Source: an uncultured Chromatiales bacterium (GTDB lineage Bacteria; Bacteroidota; Ignavibacteria; SZUA-365). From it: a stretch of DNA of 64,000 nucleotides. Position 1 is the stretch's first letter; each line of letters begins with the position of its first letter. The DNA lies in contig CAZWNO010000004.1 of assembly GCA_964635845.1 (NCBI GenBank), forward strand, positions 821 to 64,820, read 5' to 3'. Both the position numbers and the translations under genes were made by a program. Positions 59,301 to 64,000 of this stretch are shown piece by piece. The notes below the pieces were generated by a model. That model saw nothing but the letters and a program-made list of their open reading frames with translations. It was not told the origin of the DNA and did not search any database.

Positions 59301-61383
59301 CAATGCGCTCAACTTCGTCCCGACCTGCGGCGGAGCGGGCTTCGTCGATGTGACGTTTTACGCGACCGACGACTGCAACAATGTCGATTCGACCACCGCG
59401 CGCTTCACGATCGAGGACACCACGCCTCCGGATATAACGGTGGCGGCGCAGGACACGACAGTGGAATGCGACGGCGCCGGCAACACGGCTGCGCTCAACA
59501 GCTGGCTTGCCAACCATGGCGGCGCGGTTGCGGACGACGTGTGCTCCGACTTCGACTGGACGCATAATTTCACAGCCCTCAGCGACGGCTGCGGCGCCAC
59601 GGGCAGCGCGGCGGTGACGTTCTACGCCACCGACGACTGCGGCAACGTGGATTCGACCACGGCAACGTTCACGATCATCGATACGACACCACCGTCCATC
59701 TCGGCGGGAGTGATCGACACCTGTTTCTCCAATCAGGCGGATGCAGAGGCGGCCGCCATCGCGGCGACGACATCGAGCGATGTCTGCGGTGGAGTGACGC
59801 TGACGGCAAGCACGATCGGCGACTGTGACGCGATCATCACCGTGAGATCGACCGACGCCTGCGGCAATGCGGACTCGGTTTCCTACAACACGACGATCGA
59901 CGGCACTCCGCCGGTGTTCACCTACGTTCCCGCGGATACGTCCATCGAGTGCACCGAGACTCCGGTGTTCGGTACACCCACGGCCACGGACAACTGCATC
60001 ACCGTCGATGTCGTCCAGGTCGGACAGGATGTGACGACTCCGGGCGGCTGTCCGCAGGAGTACTCGGTCACCCGGACCTGGAAGGCGATCGACGGCTGCG
60101 GCAACCAGTCGCCGAACGTCAGCCAGACCATCTTCGTCGTCGACGACACTCCGCCCATTGTCACGGCGGCGCCTGACGACACGGTGGCATGCAGTCAGCC
60201 GGTCGTGTTCACCGATCCGACATACAGCGACAACTGCGACCCGAATCCGTCGCTGATCGTGGTGCGGGATACCGTGATCTATTCCAGCGGCATCTTCACC
60301 CACATCAAGTCGTGGCAGGCGATCGACGCATGCAATAACATCTCCGATACCGCCACTCAGACCATTTTCGAGATGTGCAACCAGTTCGAGACCCTTACGC
60401 AGGGCTTCTACGGAAACTCCGGCGGATCCTTCTGCGGCAACGGACTGGGCACGGCGGCATTGATCGATTCCCTGCTCGCCGCGAACGGTGACACGATCAT
60501 CGTCGGCGTCGACGGTTCCGGATCCCTCACAATGATCACGGGCGACGCGAACTGCGTGATCCGGTACCTGCCGGGCGGCGGAAAACCGACGGCGCTCAAG
60601 AGCGACTACCATTTCAACCAGAGCAACTGCAACATCATCCCGAACACCATGCCGCTCAACAAGCAGGGCAGGTTCAGCAATATCCTTCTTTCGCAGACCA
60701 TCACGCTGGCCCTGAACCTGAGACTGGACACACTGCTCACGACCTCATTCTACCTGCCGGATCCTTCGACACCGTGGATGAGGACGGAAGGCGCGGACTA
60801 TGTCAACGGCATCTGCGGTGATGGCGACGATCTGCCCGACAGCACGTTCATGAGCTTCTATTTCCCGCCCAGCGTGCTGAGCGCTCTCGGGTCGAATGGA
60901 ACGAACAGGACTGCCGCGGATCTGCTCGCCATGGCGAATCAGGCGCTTGCCGGCACCACCTTCCCGGGTGTGTCGCTCGCCGATATCGTTGCCGCAATCG
61001 ACGCAATCAACAAGGGCTTCGATGAAGCCAGATTCTTCAGCGGATACTACGTCACTCCTCCGCCGAAAGCGGCGAGCGCCGATGTTCTGCCGACTGGATT
61101 CGAACTTCATCAGAACCACCCGAATCCGTTCAACCCCGTGACGACGATCACCTATACCCTGCCGGAGCGCAGCACCGTCTATCTCGCGGTGTACAACTCC
61201 CTCGGTGAGGAAGTCGCCGTCCTCGTGAACGGAGAAATGCCCTCCGGTACCCATGGCGTCACCTGGAATGCCGGCATGGCGCTAGGCAACATCGCGACCG
61301 GCGTGTTCACCTATCGCATCCACGCGACGAGTGAGGACGGCACGGTATTCCACGATCAGCGGAAGATGATGCTGGTCAAATAA
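56311..61383 (+). CDS. Giant (1,691 aa) secreted adhesin-like protein with an SdrD/Cna-B-like domain, at least 6 HYR-like Ig repeats and a T9SS C-terminal domain
   Basis: Signal peptide MRRCTTPWGLLLMLISLSVPIHAQ. Repeated ~90-aa units DTTPPxVTAASDTTVECDG.GNTAALN.WL..HGGATA.D.CG.VTW..NF..L...CGATGSA.VTFYATDDCGNVDS. C-terminal NHPNPFNPVTTITYTLP..GVFTYRI. Preceded by a ~340-nt leader with a perfect hairpin gggccatg-ctgt-catggccc at 56243..56263. Confidence 0.75.
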   Translation: MRRCTTPWGLLLMLISLSVPIHAQTGWGVDRYEGFKADTAGNGTLSYSWSTGNLGNTWNEGEWVPYMLTLKNVNINNPAFSDITVCYDFTRGNLDARFIDLVRSVQIGTVVRSNSQGWPMDSSGAAYPMTTRAELETAQNSQGLTQWGTEYFWAGYELLHPDTSRTNRSTTGGIGAPDDATRCFTITRQDIIDAYGGINNVPNTSTFYIYFQLHEAQTFVWNNTLQSQLNQFPTDQWGGYLYGIAPFSTDQRQGSGFVSGASGHTYLTLGNKTVPIPIPPQPAGQLSGLKWHDINGNQVQDGSETVLDGWPIYISTIIGNLPISDTVLTNGAGSWTITGLPQALYLVSEELGNAPTTGASAGYTNAAPAFAQNPPSEWVQTYPDANSIGANIDGVPTTPAGILLGQGPFSWEVDLTNSVTAGLIDFGNHVPAPVCAVFPADTTICDESQVTLTAQRIAQGTPPYSYLWSGPNSFSATTQSIVVPASAAGTYTVVLTDANGLSSTGCSGTVNVFPIPDFEIAGDSVVCALTSSHTYRASFDPNSPVPIDSIVSWQWAISGNGTITSGTTDDSVTVSSTGAGSFILTLTVVDVYGCSETVTRTITVQANPVCSITPVGDVCPGSTGNVFSGPAGAYTYLWGISGNGSINGSINNPTVSVDAGVALGSFTLTLTITETSFPFCTSTCSLLVEVRDITPPVISCAVDTTIECPVPATLPFTTPTATDNCDPNPGVVISNTVVTPGQCPSEYSVSRTWVATDVYGNKDSCSQTIHVIDTTAPTVTPASDLIVECDGAGNTAALNGWLANHGGATAADACGQVTWSDNFTGLSDLCGATGSATVTFYATDDCGNVDSTTATFRIIDTTPPVVTAASDTTVECDGSGNTTELNNWLTSHGGATASDVCGSVTWSNNFTTLSDLCGATGSATVTFYATDDCGNVDSTSATFTIIDTTPPLVTAASDTTVECDGAGNTAALNSWLANHGGATATDACSGVVWTNSYNALNFVPTCGGAGFVDVTFYATDDCNNVDSTTARFTIEDTTPPDITVAAQDTTVECDGAGNTAALNSWLANHGGAVADDVCSDFDWTHNFTALSDGCGATGSAAVTFYATDDCGNVDSTTATFTIIDTTPPSISAGVIDTCFSNQADAEAAAIAATTSSDVCGGVTLTASTIGDCDAIITVRSTDACGNADSVSYNTTIDGTPPVFTYVPADTSIECTETPVFGTPTATDNCITVDVVQVGQDVTTPGGCPQEYSVTRTWKAIDGCGNQSPNVSQTIFVVDDTPPIVTAAPDDTVACSQPVVFTDPTYSDNCDPNPSLIVVRDTVIYSSGIFTHIKSWQAIDACNNISDTATQTIFEMCNQFETLTQGFYGNSGGSFCGNGLGTAALIDSLLAANGDTIIVGVDGSGSLTMITGDANCVIRYLPGGGKPTALKSDYHFNQSNCNIIPNTMPLNKQGRFSNILLSQTITLALNLRLDTLLTTSFYLPDPSTPWMRTEGADYVNGICGDGDDLPDSTFMSFYFPPSVLSALGSNGTNRTAADLLAMANQALAGTTFPGVSLADIVAAIDAINKGFDEARFFSGYYVTPPPKAASADVLPTGFELHQNHPNPFNPVTTITYTLPERSTVYLAVYNSLGEEVAVLVNGEMPSGTHGVTWNAGMALGNIATGVFTYRIHATSEDGTVFHDQRKMMLVK

Positions 61384-61521
61384 TCGATCGTCCATACGGA
61401 ACGAGAAAGCAGGTCCCCCCGGGGACCTGTTTTCGTTTCCGGCTTCTTGCGCACTCGTCCGGTGCATTGCGTATCCTCGGCGAATTGCACATTTTCTCAA
61501 GACATCAGGAAAGGATCAACG

Positions 61522-62898
61522 ATGATACCCAAGGAATGGCGAACAGAGCGCGACGCCCTCGGCGAAGTGCGGATTCCCGGCGATGTCCTCTGGGGCGCGC
61601 AGACGCAGCGTGCGGTGGAGAATTTCAGGATCAGCGGGCGTGGTTTTCCCCGCGCATTCATCCTGGCGCTCGCGAGAATCAAGCTCAACGCCTGCGAGGC
61701 GAATGCGGAATTGGCCGTACTGGACCGCGACATTGCAGACGCGATCAAATCCGCCGCGTGGGAAGTGATCAATGGCAGGCACGGCGAACAGTTTCCCGTC
61801 GACGTGTACCAGACCGGTTCGGGCACCTCGACGAACATGAACATGAACGAGGTGCTCGCGCACAGGGCCACGCAGCTGCTGCGGGAACAGGGAGAAAACG
61901 CGCGCACGGTGCATCCCAACGATCACGTGAATGCGGGACAGTCGAGCAACGACGTCATTCCTACTGCAATGCATCTCGCCGCGCTCACGAGCATCGACGA
62001 TATGCTGCTGCCCGCGATGGCGAAGCTGTATGCGGCGCTGCTGGAGAAAACCGATGAGTTCGCGGACGTCGTGAAAGTCGGACGCACGCATCTGATGGAC
62101 GCGGCGCCGCTGACGATGGGGCAGGAATTCAGCGGCTACGCCGCTCAGGTCGAGAAGGGGATCCGCCGCATCCGGCAGGCGCGGGAAGCGCTGCTCGAGC
62201 TGCCGCTCGGCGGGACGGCGGTGGGCACGGGATTGAATGCGCATCCGGATTTCGCGAGGCGGGTCATCGCGGCGCTGGCGATACAGACGGGGCTGCCGCT
62301 CCGGGAGGCGGAAAATCACTTCGAGGCGCAGGCCGCGCGCGACGCCGCGGTCGAGGCATCCGCCTCGCTGAAGACCGTCGCGGTGAGCCTGATGAAAATC
62401 GCGAATGACATTCGATGGATGTCCTCGGGACCGCGCGCCGGTCTCGACGAACTCAGCCTGCCCGCGCTGCAGCCCGGTTCCTCGATCATGCCGGGGAAAG
62501 TCAATCCAGTCATCCCCGAAGCTCTCGCCATGGTCTGCGCACGTGTGATGGGGAACGACGTTACCGTGACGATCGCCGGACAGAGCGGCAATTTCGAACT
62601 CAACGTCATGATCCCACTCATCACCGTCACGCTGCTCGAGTCCGTCGAGCTGCTGGCGAATGCCGTCGTCGCCTTCGCGACACGATGTATCGCGGGCATC
62701 GAAGTCCGCCGCGATCAGCTGCGACAGCAGGCTGAACGGAACCTGATGACTGTCACAGCGCTCGTGCCCGCGATCGGTCACGAAGCTGCGGTCGCCATCG
62801 CCCAGGAGGCCGAGCGCAGCGGACGCGATATACTTGACGTGGCGCGGGAACGAAGCGGTCTCGGCGAGGAAGAACTGGACCAGCTTCTGCGAAAATAA
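61522..62898 (+). CDS. fumC: Fumarate hydratase class II
   Basis: GSSIMPGKVNPV signature. QTGSGTSTNMNMNEV and KVGRTHLMDAAPLTMGQEFSGY match FumC rather than aspartase. AGGAAAGGA RBS. Confidence 0.8.
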   Translation: MIPKEWRTERDALGEVRIPGDVLWGAQTQRAVENFRISGRGFPRAFILALARIKLNACEANAELAVLDRDIADAIKSAAWEVINGRHGEQFPVDVYQTGSGTSTNMNMNEVLAHRATQLLREQGENARTVHPNDHVNAGQSSNDVIPTAMHLAALTSIDDMLLPAMAKLYAALLEKTDEFADVVKVGRTHLMDAAPLTMGQEFSGYAAQVEKGIRRIRQAREALLELPLGGTAVGTGLNAHPDFARRVIAALAIQTGLPLREAENHFEAQAARDAAVEASASLKTVAVSLMKIANDIRWMSSGPRAGLDELSLPALQPGSSIMPGKVNPVIPEALAMVCARVMGNDVTVTIAGQSGNFELNVMIPLITVTLLESVELLANAVVAFATRCIAGIEVRRDQLRQQAERNLMTVTALVPAIGHEAAVAIAQEAERSGRDILDVARERSGLGEEELDQLLRK

Positions 62899-63021
62899 CC
62901 GCGCGGAGGCATGCGGCGGGGGAATGATCGCCGTGCTTCGCGTGTCTCCATGATATCGGCATTTCCATGCCTTTCGCTGAGCTCGCCTGGAAGCATGTAT
63001 CTAACGAGAATGGAGGACCGG

Positions 63022-64000
63022 ATGCATTGTCGCTTTCGTCAACTGACTGTCCGCCTCGGTCTTACAGCCTGCCTCGGTTTCACGGCCTGCCTCGTGTGCG
63101 TGACGGGAGGAAGCCTCCGCGCGCAGGGCATGGGATATGCCTGGCTCGATTTCGGAACACGGGATACGATCGTCGTCCGGGCCGGAGATCCGGTCCATTT
63201 CGATGTCGTGATGCGGGATGTCAGAGGTGATACCATCAGGAACTGGGATTCCGTCGGCATGCCCATCGAGCTGCATGTGATCGGATCGGATGCGGAACGC
63301 GATACAAGCACTGCTTCCTGGAGCGCGCGACCGGACGATTACACCTGGCTGCAGATCAACAGCGGCGGTGTGGAGCTGCCGCGCATCGGTCCGCAGGAAT
63401 TCTATCTCGCCGAGTCCGAGTTCAAGGACGGTGTCGCGCACCTGGCGTTCCTCTCGAGCAAGGTGGAAACCGGCACGCGCATCGAGGCCGCTCCGTACAT
63501 CGACTCGTTGATATCACGCTCGCCGCCGATCACGCGCATCCCGCTCGGTGTGGATCATTTCCTCGTCGATTGGACGCCGCAGCAGCAAGGTGAAAACGCG
63601 TCCACGTTTTTTCTCGAACGTCCGATCGAACTGATCGTCACGCCCCGCGACCGCTTCACGAATCCCCTGACGGACTCGCTCGATGTCGCCATCCTCGTGA
63701 ACTTCATGGATGAATTCTCGGCTGTCCCCGGTCATGCCTTTCCGCCGTTCGCCGCGCCCCGGCGCCTGAGCGGGGAGCAGGTGTTCGCGGTTCTCCCCGA
63801 TACCACGAGGCAGCGGGGACAGTCGGCGGGATATGTCGTCACCGCGTATGTATCGAAGAATTACAGCATCGCCGGGAGATGCGATTCCTTCTTCGTCGCA
63901 ATCCACCCACCGTATCCCTTTTCGCTGCTGTCTCCGGACGATGGTACGAAAGTGAGAATCGACCGATGGGATGAAATCATGGGCTTTCGCTGGGGACGGC
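63022..64000 (+). CDS. Secreted hypothetical protein (partial; continues past the window end)
   Basis: GGAGG RBS. Signal peptide MHCRFRQLTVRLGLTACLGFTACLVCVTGGSLRAQG. Open frame with high GC3 to position 64000. No recognised motifs. Confidence 0.5.
   Translation, partial: MHCRFRQLTVRLGLTACLGFTACLVCVTGGSLRAQGMGYAWLDFGTRDTIVVRAGDPVHFDVVMRDVRGDTIRNWDSVGMPIELHVIGSDAERDTSTASWSARPDDYTWLQINSGGVELPRIGPQEFYLAESEFKDGVAHLAFLSSKVETGTRIEAAPYIDSLISRSPPITRIPLGVDHFLVDWTPQQQGENASTFFLERPIELIVTPRDRFTNPLTDSLDVAILVNFMDEFSAVPGHAFPPFAAPRRLSGEQVFAVLPDTTRQRGQSAGYVVTAYVSKNYSIAGRCDSFFVAIHPPYPFSLLSPDDGTKVRIDRWDEIMGFRWGR

Overview
High-GC (~65%) bacterial chromosomal window. Seven proteins carry Por/T9SS C-terminal sorting domains and several signal-peptide/lipobox proteins are present, so it is probably a T9SS-bearing member of the FCB superphylum; classic TTGACA/TATAAT promoters argue against Bacteroidia. 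Gene content, in order: (1) a GatE-like amidotransferase fragment, pirin, a PAS sensor histidine kinase, and a CBM-like T9SS protein. (2) An MlaF-type ABC ATPase gene present twice, identical over ~690 bp, flanking a vWA T9SS protein. (3) A J-domain protein bracketed by 40-bp direct repeats, then DinD/Bro-N, a UvrD-family helicase and a GNAT. (4) A low-GC esterase and a YdeI-like protein. (5) Two lipoproteins behind a consensus sigma70 promoter. (6) A RhuM fragment, YigZ and BshA. (7) A low-GC ~6 kb island holding two BNR/Asp-box tandem-propeller T9SS proteins and two degraded ISL3 transposase remnants. (8) A TPR lipoprotein, pyrK-pyrD, YgfZ, SDR, LOG/PpnN-like, a transglutaminase-like protein, a LamG-like T9SS protein and a Cys-rich DUF116-like protein with PDTAx repeats. 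(9) An RRM RNA-binding protein. (10) A complete arginine operon (GNAT-argG-argC-argD-argF' with SLRTR motif-argB-argE-argH) behind an AT-rich region with paired TATCSGATA palindromes. (11) A putative copper/metal handling cluster: a secreted protein, an FtrD/DUF2318-like Cys-rich T9SS protein, an Ig-repeat lipoprotein, and an outer-membrane beta-barrel fused to a Met-rich repeat and an HMA-like CxxC domain. (12) A lipoprotein, AceK, a 1,691-aa HYR-domain T9SS adhesin, class II fumarase, and a partial secreted protein. Many different short tandem repeat families sit at gene boundaries. No rRNA, tRNA or CRISPR was recognised.
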